Of a DNA stretch of 64,000 nucleotides, positions 12,497 through 24,666 are shown piece after piece. The stretch lies in the NCBI RefSeq assembly GCF_006345805.1, contig NC_043003.1:1-64000 (forward strand), written 5' to 3'. The stretch comes from Octopus sinensis. Its lineage: Eukaryota. The position numbers and the translations under genes were made by a program. Below the pieces are notes generated by a model. It saw nothing but the letters and a program-made list of their open reading frames with translations, did no database searches and was not told where the DNA came from. Each line of letters starts with the position of its first letter. The first letter of the stretch is position 1.

Positions 12497-13915
12497 CTAG
12501 CAGTATCGCCCGGCGTTGCTCGGGTTTGTAAGGGAAATAACTATACAAGCATTTTTAGAGAGTTATAGCCAAAAAATGATGGTAAATTGTTTTTTAAATC
12601 GTTGTCCCATCGTAGACATTTTTAGAGAGTTACTTCCCTTATATAATAGCGAAAAAAATGCATTAAAATGGAAAAAATTATGGTAATTTTTTTTTAAATC
12701 GTAGACTCATCGTAGACGCGCGCTAATACCGAGAAGGGCTCGATATGAATCACGACTATAAGATACCCGGTTTTGGTTAAACTGCACTGCAAAATGTGAG
12801 AGTAGTTAGGAATCTAAATCGTAGGAGACAGACACACAACCTTACTTTTATATATAAAGACTAGCAGTATCGCCCGGCGTTGCTCGGGTTTGTAAGGGAA
12901 ATAACTATATAAGCGTTTTTGGAGAGTTATAGCCAAAAAATAGCAAAAAAATGCATTAAAAATGGAAAAAAATGATGGTAAATTTTTTTTAAATCGTTGA
13001 CTCATCGTAGACATTTTTAGAGAGTTACTTCCCTTATATAATAGCGAAAAAATGCATTAAAATGGAAAAAAAATGATGGTAATTTTTTTTTTATCGTAGA
13101 CGCGCGCTAATACCCAGAAGGGCTCGATATGAATCACGACTATGAGATACCCGGTTTTGGTTAAACTGCACCGCAAAATGTGAGAGTAGTTAGGAATCTA
13201 AATCGTAGGAGACAGACACACAACCTTACTTTTATATATAAAGACTAGCAGTATCGCCCGGCGTTGCTCGGGTTTGTAAGGGAAATAACTATATAAGCAT
13301 TTTTAGAGAGTTATAGCCAAAATATGCATTAAAAATGGAAAAAAAATGATGGTAATTTTTTTTTTTAATCGTAGACTCATCGTAGACGCGCGCTAATACC
13401 CACAAGGTCTCGATATGAGCCACGACTATAAGATACCCGGTTTTGGTTAAACTGCACCGCAAAATGTGAGAGTAGTTAGGAATCTAAATCGTAGGAGACA
13501 GTCACACAACTTTACTTTTATATATAAAGACTAGCAGTATCGCCCGGCGTTGCTCGGGTTTGTAAGGAAATAACTATATAAGCATTTTTGGAGAGTTATA
13601 GCCAAAAAATAGCAAAAAATGCATTAAAAATGGAAAAAAATGATGGTAAATTTTTTTTTAAATCGTTGACTCATCGTAGACATTTTTAGAGAGTTACTTC
13701 CCTTATATAATAGCGAAAAAATGCATTAAAATGGGAAAAAAATGATGGTAAATTTTTTTTTTAATCGTAGACGCGCGCTAATACCCAGAAGTGCTCGCTA
13801 TGAATCACGACTATAAGATACCCGGTTTTGGTTAAACTGCACCGCAAAATGTGAGAGTAGTTAGGAATCTAAATCGTAGGAGACAGTCACACAACCTTAC
13901 TTTTATATATAAAGA
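12497..13915 (-). mobile_element. non-autonomous Helitron, head-to-tail tetramer
   Basis: Units 12497-12860, 12861-13244, 13245-13530, 13531-13915; each reads 5'-TC...CCCGAGCAACGCCGGG hairpin...CTAG-3' on the - strand; array sits between A and T. Confidence 0.88.
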
Positions 13916-13975
13916 TTACGGAGATGTACTTGCATAGCAAGTAATTTGATCTGAGATCGTGTGCTGAAACGAAAA

Positions 13976-14136
13976 CAATTGCAGCGTGGAAGGTGTTTGT
14001 AAACCATTTAAGAAACACACAAAAGCCGTTCGATTCACTTCAACATTTTGACAAATTAAACTTAAATGTTGAAGTGAATGGAACGGCTTTTGTGTGTTTC
14101 TTAAATGGCTTACAAACACCTTCCACGCTGTAATTG
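13976..14136. repeat. near-perfect inverted repeat (~72-bp arms)
   Basis: caattgcagcgtggaaggtgtttgtaa...ttcaacattt pairs with aaatgttgaa...ttacaaacaccttccacgctgtaattg. Confidence 0.9.
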
Positions 14137-14278
14137 CTTTATTATATATTTTTTTATTTATTATTATTATTATTATTATTATCTCAACTAGCACTGCGGA
14201 ATTCCTGGCATAGATCCAGAGGAAATATATCCCAACCGTGGATGACACCAGGTAGCCCAAAATGAATGTATCTATAAT

Positions 14279-14412
14279 AATGTATCCATAATAATGCAGA
14301 TATAATTTCCTGATATATGAGAAGATGTTGATCACATATCTATTCGTTTCACAAGACCAACGTCTTCTCCTCATATATCAGGAAATTATATCTGCATTAT
14401 TATGGATACATT
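14279..14412. repeat. inverted repeat (~55-bp arms)
   Basis: aatgtatccataataatgcagatataatttcctgatatatgag pairs with ctcatatatcaggaaattatatctgcattattatggatacatt; a third partial arm lies at ~14435-14478. Confidence 0.85.
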
Positions 14413-14651
14413 CATCTTCTCTGAGAATAAAATCTCTCCTCATATCTCCGGAAATTACACCTGCATTATTATGGATGGATTTGCCTTTTCTGTGAAGCTA
14501 ACAAACTTTTTTTAAAACCTTTTATAAAACTATACATCATTAGAAAACATTTTAAGTCTGCTTACAATCTAACTTTTGCTTTTCATAGAACTCTCTTCGA
14601 TACTTCATGAGTGTAGCCTCACCCCCTAGGATGTTTAGAAAACTCATATGT

Positions 14652-14745
14652 GTTTTGGCTGATGAATACGGGACACTTGTATTTGCTGCAATTTTTGCAG
14701 CTTTTAATAAATCTGTTCTTCGTATGAAACAATTGTACTGAACAA
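14652..14745 (+). ncRNA. minimal type-I hammerhead ribozyme-like motif (Penelope-type)
   Basis: CTGATGA (14659), stem II atacg/cgtat, GAAA (14726), palindromic stem III CAATTG, GUA triplet, stem I tttgg/ctgaa; paralogue at 27101-27193. Confidence 0.62.
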
Positions 14746-14786
14746 CTAATCCATTCTTGTTGCTTTTTTCTTGTTTATATATATAT

Positions 14787-14839
<53 letters not shown>

Positions 14840-14877
14840 AATATATATAATGGAATATATATATATGTCTGTGTGTG

Positions 14878-16015
14878 TGTGGATTAAGTATTTCCTAACA
14901 AACAGGACCCAGCATGTTGTGGTTGATGGCATCCACTCAAGTCCAGCAAAAGTCATCAGCGGAGTCCCGCAGGGTCCACTTCTTTTTATTGTCTATATGA
15001 ATGACATTGCAGATTTCATTGAACATAGCACCATTAAAATATTCGCAGATGACTTAAAGCTTCGAAAAGCCATTAAGGGAGTATGTGATTGAACGATGCT
15101 TCAATCGGACCTATGCGCATTAACTCAAAGGGCACAAAAAAAAAACAATATGTAGCTGAACAAAGAAAAATTTGAGCTCATCCACTTTGGAAAAGAAGGC
15201 ACACTCAAACAACGATATACACTACGGCCGAGAAACCTACTTGAACCGTCGGATAATATCAGAGACTTAGTTGTAACTGTCGACAGCAATTTCAGCTGGA
15301 GTGAGCACATCAACAAAAAAGTCGATGTTGCCCGCAGAATGTGCTCATGGATCTTCAGAACTTTTCAATCTAGGGATCATGAAATCATCGTCCTTCTCTT
15401 CTCCACATTCGCTAGGCCTCACCTCTAATACTGTTGCCCATTGTGGTCCCCTTAAAAAGAAAAAGATATAATGAGGATCCAAGCGTCACAAAGATCAATA
15501 ACTAAAACAATAATAAATGGCATAACGGGACTTTGTTATTGGGCTCGACTTAAACAGCTGAAACTCTATTCTCTGCAACACCGCCGTCAGCGATACATTA
15601 TTCGCACCATGTGGAAGATATTCCACCAATATTATCAAAATGATATCGGTATAATGTTTACAATTCACACAAGACAAGGCCTTCGTGCAATACGTCCCCT
15701 ACAAAGGTGGAGATCACATCACATAAGAACATTGCGACACAATTTCTTCACTGCAAATGGTTCTGCTCTTTTCAGTGTCATCTTGAAAGAAATTAAAGTA
15801 GAAAAAGACCCCACAACTGTCAAACGGTATCTGGAAAAATTCCTCCGGGAAATACCGGATAAAACACCTACACCTAGGTACGTCTCAGCCAACAACAACT
15901 CTCTGCTTGAGTGGCCCATGGTATCCCGAAATAATTGATTAAAAGACTTTTCCAGGGGATGCTATTGAGTTAGTCATGACCTGGGCCGATAATGGCCGAA
16001 ACCAATCTAAGTTAG
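14878..16015 (+). mobile_element. CR1/L2-type LINE 3' fragment, degenerate RT
   Basis: WIKYFLTNRTQHV, SGVPQG, PLLFIVYMND, FADDLK, RLKQLKLYSLQHRR; stops and frameshifts. Confidence 0.85.
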
Positions 16016-16269
16016 ATATCAGATACTGCTTCATGCAAACTATACAACTCAAATATATACAATATGATATATAATATAATGGACCCTCCCGTCGTTAGAC
16101 GGCGGCGTATGAGGATTCGACAATTTCTTACATTACAACCACACAGATGATTCGTTTATAGTGATCAAATGTTTGTATTCACATAAGCTGATGCCCTCCA
16201 TCAAATCGACTTTACTTGTACAGGTGCAACGGGTGTCACATGCCACATGTCAGATGACGACATGATCGC

Positions 16270-16501
16270 TGTTATGCATTGTTCGTTCTCGATGGACTGA
16301 TAGACAACTCAATGAAGGCATTGTTATTGTTTTACGTGTTTATTTACCTTTTCTTGTTACACGAACTGTCAACATTCAGCGTAGTAATACCTATATACTT
16401 TAGACACAGTTCGTACTGTTTACTAACAAAATAGTGCCAAAAGTGGGGATGTATTCTACACATGTATACCCACGTATACGCATAGTTATGAATGTGTAAC
16501 A
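16270..16501 (-). repeat. 3' LTR
   Basis: TGTTATG...GTAACA; purine tract AAGAAGGGA immediately precedes it on the - strand. Confidence 0.93.
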
Positions 16502-16788
16502 TCCCTTCTTGGAAAACATAAAGGGGTCTTTTGGCAGTGAAGACAAATATAAGTAGTCTCCCTTACTCTAATGGATTGTCAGCGCAAGGTGGCAATCCTG
16601 CAGCAGAAACCGTGAGATTATTCTGCCTACTCACGTGGTTTTTCTGCTTTGTAATCTAGCAGAATTAGTAATTTATCTTTTCATTTTCTTTCTTTTTTTC
16701 TTTAACGGTATCGAACCGGTGGCAGAATGTTCGAACTCCATTTGGTGGATCTTGTGCTTCGCACTGGTGTCTGAGGTGTGTTGTTGGG

Positions 16789-18002
16789 CTGCTGATGGGT
16801 GGTTTGTGCCCGTTGGGGTGATGATTCTGTGGGTGTTGTCATTGATGCAGCAGGTGTTGTACACGTTGTCTGCTGATGGGTGGTTGGTGCCCGTTGGGGT
16901 GATGATTCTGTGGGTGTTGTCACTGATGCAGCAGGTGTTGTACACGTTGTCTGCTGATGGGTGGTTTGTGCCCGTTGGGGTGATGATTCTGTGGGTGTTG
17001 TCACTGATGCAGCAGGTGTTGTACACGTTGTCTGCTGATGGGTGGTTGGTGCCCGTTGGGGTGATGATTCTGTGGGTGTTGTCACTGATGCAGCAGGTGT
17101 TGTACACGTTGTCTGCTGATGGGTGGTTGGTGCCCGTTGGGGTGATGATTCTGTGGGTGTTGTCACTGATGCAGCAGGTGTTGTACACGTTGTCTGCTGA
17201 TGGCTGGTTGGTGCCCGTTGGGGTGATGATTCTGTGGGTGTTGTCACTGATGCAGCAGGTGTTGTACACGTTGTCTGCTGATGGGTGTTGGTGCCCGTTG
17301 GGGTGATGATTCTGTGGGTGTTGTCACTGATGCAGCAGGTGTTGTACACGTTGTCTGCTGATGGGTGGTTGGTGCCCGTTGGGGTGATGATTCTGTGGGT
17401 GTTGTCATTGATGCAGCAGGTGTTGTACACGTTGTCTGCTGATGGGTGGTTGGTGCCCGTTGGGGTGATGATTCTGTGGGTGTTGTCACTGATGCAGCAG
17501 GTGTTGTACACGTTGTCTGCTGATGGGTGGTTGGTGCCCGTTGGGGTGATGATTCTGTGGGTGTTGTCACTGATGCAGCAGGTGTTGTACACGTTGTCTG
17601 CTGATGGGTGGTTGGTGCCCGTTGGGGTGATGATTCTGTGGGTGTTGTCACTGATGCAGCAGGTGTTGTACACGTTGTCTGCTGATGGGTGGTTGGTGCC
17701 CGTTGGGGTGATGATTCTGTGGGTGTTGTCACTGATGCAGCAGGTGTTGTACACGTTGTCTGCTGATGGGTGGTTGGTGCCCGTTGGGGTGATGATTCTG
17801 TGGGTGTTGTCACTGATGCAGCAGGTGTTGTACACGTTGTCTGCTGATGGGTGGTTGGTGCCCGTTGGGGTGATGATTCTGTGGGTGTTGTCACTGATGC
17901 AGCAGGTGTTGTACACGTTGTCTGCTGATGGGTGGTTGGTGCCCGTTGGGGTGATGATTCTGTGGGTGTTGTCACTGATGCAGCAGGTGTTGTACACGTT
18001 GT
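16789..18002. repeat. 15 x 81-bp minisatellite in the integrase C-terminal tail
   Basis: Unit starts at 16789, 16870, ... 17922; one 80-bp unit (17275-17354) shifts the frame; encodes TTCTTPAASVTTPTESSPQRAPTTHQQ in the pol frame. Confidence 0.95.
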
Positions 18003-18655
18003 CCTTGACACCTTTGGTGTTGGGTGGATGTGGGCTCTGTTGCGTCTCGGCTGCCTACCAGATTCCGTTTCTATTATATACGATCTTGGATTTTCAGCTC
18101 TACTGACAACCTGTGCTGGGATCCATGTTTTAGTTACGGGATCTTGAGTATGCACATGTTGTCCTCCAAGTATCTCAGGTAAATATTGTGCATGTTTGTT
18201 GTAATATTTCTGTGATTGTTCTTGAGTGGCAGCTAGCTTTGCCCTTGTCTCTTCCTGGTCAATAGGAGGTTGGATCTTACTTGGCAGGGTAGTTTTGTAC
18301 TTCCTGCCATTCAGCAATTCTGCAGGGGATTTCATATCAGCTCTCAGTGGTGTCGCTCGTAGGGACAGAAGTGCCAGGCGTGGGTCTTCCTTAGTCTCTC
18401 GGCATTTGACTAGTGTTCTCTTCACTGTCTGCACCTGTCTTTCTATAAATCCATGACCTTTGGGGTAGTGTGGAGATGAGGTTGTAATATTGAACCCATA
18501 CTCATCGGCTAGCTTTTTGAATTCTTGCGATGTGAACTGGGTTCCGTTGTCACATATGATCTGCTCTGGTATTCCTTGCTCTGCTAGAAGTCCTCGAGCC
18601 ACTGTAGTGATTGTTTTGGCTCTCAGGTCCTTCACTTTTCTCACAAATGGAATTT
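17244..18655 (-). pseudogene. Gypsy integrase core and tail, frameshifted from pol
   Basis: GIPEQIICDNGTQF, SSPHYPKGHGFIERQVQTVK, SPAELLNGR, PRSYII; joined to the upstream ..YYSKF by a frameshift at ~18650. Confidence 0.88.
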
Positions 18656-20566
18656 GGAGTAGTAGCAGGCCATTATCAAATACCATTCTTGGATCTCTGT
18701 GAACAGATCTGCTCCAATAGTTTGCCATGGCCTTCTTGGGATGTCACTAGATATCATTTCTTCCTTTTGTTGTGAGTTTCTGTACTTCTGACAGATGTGG
18801 CATGTAGAAACTGTCTTCTCTATGTCTTTGTACATGCTTACCCAATATACTGCTGACTTGACTCGGAGCTTGCATTTCTCCATTCCGAGATGCCCTTGGT
18901 GGATCTTGTCAAGAATCTCTTTTTGCATTGACTTGGGTATAATTATTCGGGATCCAGCCATCAGGATTCCATTCTCCACTGATATATCATCATGGATGGC
19001 CAAATATTCACGAATGAGGGGCTGCACCTGACGTCTCTTTTCTGGCCACCCCTGAATCACCATCTGAGTAAGGAGCTGGAGTTCTTCATCTTTGCTGGTC
19101 TCCTCTTTGACTTCTGCTAGCTTTGTAGTTGTTACATTTACAATGTGGTGGACCTTTATGCTTAGTCCTTCCATCTCCTGTTTATCATGTGAGGATAGTC
19201 TGGAAAGAGCATCCGCCAATATCATGTCTTTTCCTGACTTGAACCTGATATCGTAGTCGTATGTTTGAAGCCTTAACAGTAATCTTTGCAGTCTGGCTGG
19301 TGCTTTCGTGAGGTTTTTTCTATGTATTTGTTCTAGCGGGCGATGGTCTGTTTTAATATTGAAGTGTCTGCCATACAGGTATGTATGGAACTTTTCCCAT
19401 CCATATACTACTGCCAAGAGTTCCCTTTCAATATTTGCGTACCTTGTCTCTGTGGGTGAGAGAGCTTTCGAGGCATATGCAATGGGTTTACCTTCCTGTA
19501 TCAGTGCTGCGCCAACTCCTCTCATAGAAGAATCGACTTGCAGTGTTACTGGTTTGCGTCTGTCATAGTACTGCAGAGTTGTCTCCTTACTGATGAGCTT
19601 TTTGATTGCTTCGAAATCCTGTGTGTGTGAAGCACACCAATCAAACTCTACGTCATCTTTGTTTAGTTCTCGGAGATTTGCAGTGTGATCAGCCAGTTTA
19701 GGTATGAAGGCTCCCATGTAGTGGATGAGTCCCAGGAAGCTCCTGAGTTCCTTGTCTTTGGGTTCTTTAATGTCTCTGATGGCTTCCACTTTAGCGGAGT
19801 CTGGTTTCACTCCCTCTGCCGAGTATATAATTCCAAAGAATTTGCACTCCTTTGCTTTTACCACACACTTGTTTGCATTGAGTTTGATGCCTGCTTGTCG
19901 GGTTTTCTCCATAGCTTCATGTAAATTGAAGTCATGTGTGGTCTCATCCTTGCCATGCACTTGGATGTCATCTGCTATTCCGATTGCTCCCTTGCAGCCT
20001 TGGTAGGTCTCATCTATTTGAAACTGGAAAAGATCTTGGCTCACCTTCAATCCAAATGGGAGTCGGTTGAATCGATATCTGCCAAATGGTGTGTTGAAGG
20101 TAGTGAGCATGGATGACTCTTTGTCTATCTTTACATTCCAGTACCCATTACTGGCATCCAGTTTGCTGAATAATTTAGATCCAGCCAATGATGGTGTGAT
20201 TTCTTCAAGGGTTGGAATTGGATGGTGCTCTCTTTTTAATGCCTTGTTCAGGTCCCTTGGATCGAGGCATATCCGTAGGGTACCATTGGGTTTTTCCTTG
20301 ATTACGATTGAATTTACCCAGTCTGTTGGTCGTGTCACTTTGGTGATTATTTCTTTTTTTTCCATTTTGTCCAACTCTGCCTTCAGCTTCTCTTTTAGTT
20401 CTAGAGGGACGCGGCGAGGTGGGTGAACAATTGGTTTGATATTTGGGTCGACTGTTATATGGTATCGACATTTCACAAAGCATCCGACTATATCGTCAAA
20501 GCATTCAGGGTACATGCTTATCAGTTCCTCTTTGTTTGTGATTGGTGGTCGGTCTTTGATAGGCAT
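18641..20566 (-). pseudogene. Gypsy pol: RT, RNase H and integrase zinc finger
   Basis: LRICLDPRDLN, KLDASNGYW, FNRLPFGL, IADD, VDSS..GVGA, YANIERELLA, TDHRPL, HQGHLG..C..C. Confidence 0.93.
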
Positions 20567-20569
20567 CCA

Positions 20570-20734
20570 TTAAAGGATGTAGCTTACCTTTTCATCGGCG
20601 GTTGTACCTTTCAGGAAACTTTTGAAAGCTAGTTGAGTTTTCTGTTTGAATTTCTTAAATGCTTCCACGATATCATCGGCGTCCCAGTTCATGAGTGAAT
20701 GTAAATTCATCTGTACGGCGACGGGGGCCGCCAT
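20570..20734 (-). pseudogene. gag N-terminal remnant
   Basis: MAAPVAVQMNLHSLMNWDADDIVEAFKKFKQKTQLAFKSFLKGTTADEKVSYIL*WM, in frame with pol; the rest of gag and the protease are absent. Confidence 0.65.
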
Positions 20735-20843
20735 TTTGGATCCTCATGTGTGTGTGTTCGAAGACGAAGCGATGCTTTGTTAATATTTCTGGTTTGTTGT
20801 GTTCCTGTTTTGTTGTAAAGGCACAGTTTCCGATTAATTATTT

Positions 20844-20855
20844 ACCGCTGCCACC
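20844..20855 (-). promoter_or_regulatory. primer binding site (tRNA-Leu-like)
   Basis: GGTGGCAGCGGT directly after the 5' LTR, complementary to a tRNA-Leu 3' end (ACCGCUGCCACC[A]). Confidence 0.7.
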
Positions 20856-20856
20856 T

Positions 20857-21088
20857 TGTTATGCATTGTTCGTTCTCGATGGGCTGATAGACAACTCAAT
20901 GAAGGCATTGTTATTGTTTTACGTGTTTATTTACATTTTCTTGTTACACGAACTGTCAACATTCAGTTTAGTAATACATATATACTTTAGACACAGTTCG
21001 TAATGCTTACCAGCAAAATAGTGCCAAAAGTGGGGATGTATTCTACACATGTATACCCATGTATACACATAGATATGAATGTGTAACA
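20857..21088 (-). repeat. 5' LTR
   Basis: 232 bp; about 12 substitutions relative to the 3' LTR by manual count. Confidence 0.93.
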
Positions 21089-21200
21089 ATCGCAGAGCAA
21101 CGTGAAATGAAGTGTTTTATTCAAAAATACAACGCAACGCCCGCTCTGGGAATGGAACCCACGATCTCACAATCGTGAGTGCAACACCCAAACCACTGAG
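21089..21200 (-). mobile_element. head of a tRNA-derived SINE interrupted by the Gypsy element (body continues left of 16270)
   Basis: - strand CTCAGTGGTTTGGGTGTTGCACTC...GTGGGTTCCATTCCC resembles A/B boxes; sequence resumes across the TSD. Confidence 0.6.
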
Positions 21201-21479
21201 TTATGTACTTTCACGATATATAGTATATCCGAGTCTAAAATGATATAATAAAATATAATATAAGTGTTCTTGAACCACGGTCGGAAGACATCTAATCCCA
21301 AAATATATCCTTTTTAAATTATCTTTCACTTTCTTATCTGAAGCTTTGCATCTATCTACGCATGCCTAATCTACATAACATTTTTTGTTTCCTTCTACAG
21401 ACACTTAGCATTGTTATTCTTCCACTTGAGTCCGATACGAGGAAGGTCATTATAAATCTGTAGGGACTTCGCTTGGCCC

Positions 21480-21810
21480 TGCCTGAAACGTGTTGTCTTC
21501 AATTTGTTTGCGTGCCTAACCTCACCTTGCAAATAAAAGTGGCCGAAATGCGAATCTCTTGAAGGACCTCTGGAATAACATAACTGGACGGAGTGCGTAG
21601 GTCGGAGATAAGGGAGTCTCTCCATGTCAGGCCACTGCTTCTCTCTACTGAGAGGTCACTGCTCCGGTACTACTGACATTTAATCAGAATGGAGGAAAGA
21701 ATCACAAGACAGATTCTTCAAGCCAAGTTAAGCGGCAGGAGACCTCGGTGTACATTATGAACGAGATGGTGGGATAATATCCTTAGTCTCAGTCGGTCAC
21801 GCTTGACCGA
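21480..21810 (+). mobile_element. degenerate RTE-like LINE C-terminal fragment
   Basis: QIKVAEMR..., VRRSEIRESLHVRPLLL, LIRMEERITRQILQAKLSGRRPR..RWWDNI. Confidence 0.65.
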
Positions 21811-22479
21811 TGCTATTGTAGAAGAAAGACACTTGCAGCGCTGTGAGACTAAACTCGGAACCATGTTTTATGTTTTGCAAACAACTTATATATGCAAGTG
21901 CTAACAGTCGAGTGCTCTGAATACCGGAAGCCAGCAAGTGTATGGGGTCATCAGGAAAAAATGCACGCCGTTTCGGGTCCTACCTCACGGCGGCATCAAT
22001 GCGCACCGCACCCCCCTCACTGATATGAGGCCCCGCTTGCTAGATCAACTGGTTATAAAATATAGCTCAATATTCTTCTAGCCATCGCTCATCGTCTCTT
22101 TTTAACCAAATCCAGTGGCTAACCTTTTCCACTCTAGTTTGGATATTGGAACTATGTTATATATGTACTACATATGTGGAAAATCGGTGTGTGTTTGTTT
22201 GTGGCGTTGTTAGCTAACTCCTCCTACATCGTTTTATTGATTTTGATGAGACTTGACATGTGAGTAGAACTCATGTCTGGAAACCTCGTGACATACTTAT
22301 ATTGTTGATAATACGGCCCTGGAAGGGACCTTTATATCTACCACATATAACTAATTTTTTAAACACCCAAGGGAAATAACCCATAGTACCTGTACAATAT
22401 TTTTTAAACACTCAAGGGAAATAACCCATTTCATTGTTTATGTTAGATTACTTTGAATATTGATTTTTTGTATGTCCTT

Positions 22480-22868
22480 TTACTTTTGCTTGTTTCAGTC
22501 AATTGATTGCGGCCATGCTGGAGCACCGCCTTTAGTCTAACAAATCGACCCTAGGGCTTATTTTTTGTAAGCCTAGTACTTATTCTATCGGTGTCTTTTG
22601 CCGAACCGATAAGTTACGGGGACGTGAACACACCAACATCGGTTGTCAAGTGATGGTGGGGGACAAACACAGACACACATACACGCACATATATGTATAT
22701 ATACGACGGGCTTCTTTCAGTTTCCGTGTACCAAATTCACTCACAAGGCTTTGGTCGGCCTGAAGCTATAGTAGAAGACACTCGCCCAAGGTGCCACGCT
22801 GTGGGACTGAACTCTGAGCCATGTGATTGGTAAGCAAGCTACTTACCACACAGCCACTCCTGCGCCTA
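22480..22868 (-). mobile_element. tRNA-derived SINE (family B)
   Basis: Homologous to 3243-3625. Confidence 0.82.
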
Positions 22869-23129
22869 TACTTATTTCTAATTTTTGCAGACAATATCAC
22901 TTTTATACTTTATTTGACACGTGAGTAGAACTCATATCAGGAAACCTCCTGACATACCTACATTGTTGAAAAAATCGATAATACAGTCCTTCCAATGGAT
23001 CCTTCTATCTACTACATATTACTAATATTTTATTTAAACAACCCAAAGGAAATAACCCATACCACCTGCAGATTTTAGCGAAGCGATCAATATTTGATTC
23101 TCACGATACGATGAAATATATATATATAT

Positions 23130-23354
23130 ATATAATCTTCTGTGTGTATGTTTCCTCTATGCACGGCCAAACCACCGGATCAATCTCTACCAAATTTGGC
23201 ATGAAGACTTTTCATTACTCGGGGAAGGTTCTAGGGGAAGGGTCAAATTTTGGCCCTTGCCCATTAGGGGACTGTAGCCCCCCACCCTATACGACCCTTC
23301 CGATTTTTTTTTCAGCGGTGTAATAGTTTCACTTTTATTGCTTCACTTTTATTC

Positions 23355-23435
<81 letters not shown>

Positions 23436-24666
23436 TGTGTGTGTGTGTGTGTGTGCGTTTCCTCTATGCATGGCCAAACCGCTGGATCAATCTGTAGCAA
23501 ATCTGGCTGTTTGGAAATTATGTCGGTTTTGTTTTTCCGCTTTAAAGGAAAATGATTCTGAAACGCTTCTTAATTGTGATAATGAAACAAGAGGTTTAAA
23601 GAAAAAGAAACAGAAAGGTTTCTAAATAACTAAAAGTCTTCATACAGACACACATTTATACACTGTAGGATATCTTTCAGTTTATACAATAAACTTAATA
23701 AATTTTAAAGTTCAATATTTCCGAGACATAAATTAGAGATATCGACAGGAGTTATTCAAACAATTGTTCGTGGAATGGACCTAATAACATTTGCTAGGGT
23801 ACACTCGAAATTTCATATTTAAATCTGATGTGACTATTTCTACTTGAATACTGGTCCTACCTCAGATTTGAAATTGAATCTATAATCTACCCTTAGCCAA
23901 ACTGCTGGATCAATCTGTACCAAATTTGACATGAAGGTTTTTCATTAATGGGGGAAGGTTCGGAGGGGGGTGTAACTAAATTATTAACTTTTTTTGCAAA
24001 AACAGAAACATGTTTTACATACCTGTTGTACATGTTGGTTTTGTTTTTTGCTTCAAAAAGTAAACTATTCTGATAGAAGCAAACACGATATTGAATAATT
24101 CTCCGCCATACGTCTACGACCCCACCTCTTTATTTTAAAGTAAAGATTAACGCTTTTTTAATTGTGATAAAGAAACAAGAGGTTTAGTACTTACCACCAA
24201 AATTCATTTCTCTTGGGAATATAAGGGTGATAATGTCTTTATTCTACGGATCGTGTTAATCCCATCTGACCTCCCCTATGAATTTAAACAGCTCCAGTTC
24301 CCAGAGAAACTAAGTTTTGCTATGTCCATAAGCAAATCTCAAGCACAATCTCTCAACGCTGTTGGACTTAACCTTGCTTTTCCTTGTTTCTCTCAAGGGC
24401 AATTATATGTAGGATGTTCGCGAGTTGGAGGTCCCAAAACTCTTTTCCTTTCTACACCAATTAAAGGACACACTGAAAACACTGTATAGTTAGAAGTTCT
24501 ACAAAATTAAACTATGATGGATTTCAGGATTTGTTTTAATAACTTCGTTTATACTCACGTCATCTGATAGAATTTTTCTGAAAATAACTTTTTTATCAGA
24601 ATATATATATATCTATTTCCTTTAACAGTCTTTAAACTTCCGAGCAACGCCAGGTACTTAGGCTAA
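23130..24666 (+). mobile_element. deleted Helitron retaining the PIF1-like helicase C-terminus
   Basis: 24225-24490 encodes IPSDLPYEFKQLQFP..LSFAMSISKSQAQSL..FSQGQLYVGCSRV; 3' end CCGAGCAACGCCAGG..CTAA|T; internal triplicated AAACC..GGATCAATCT motif and (TG)n. Confidence 0.8.

Larger units (their letters stand above)
16270..21088 (-). mobile_element. Ty3/Gypsy (Mag-like) LTR retrotransposon, internally deleted
   Basis: Two 232-bp TG..CA LTRs, 5-bp TSD ATCGC (16265-16269 and 21089-21093), domain order RT-RNaseH-integrase, PBS and PPT present. Confidence 0.95.

Noticed and set aside
16789-18002. CRISPR-like regular array
   Set aside because: Units are contiguous near-identical repeats with no unique spacers; no cas genes; eukaryotic context.
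16635-18106. + strand hydrophobic repeat ORFs (SADGWLVPVGVMILWVLSLMQQVLYTL)n resembling a multi-pass membrane protein, and the Cys/His-rich alternative - frame
   Set aside because: Shadow frames of a stop-free 81-bp unit; only the Thr/Pro frame is continuous with integrase and its terminal motif.
24253-24489. Host PIF1 helicase gene
   Set aside because: Fragment only, with degenerate motifs, enclosed by Helitron-type termini.
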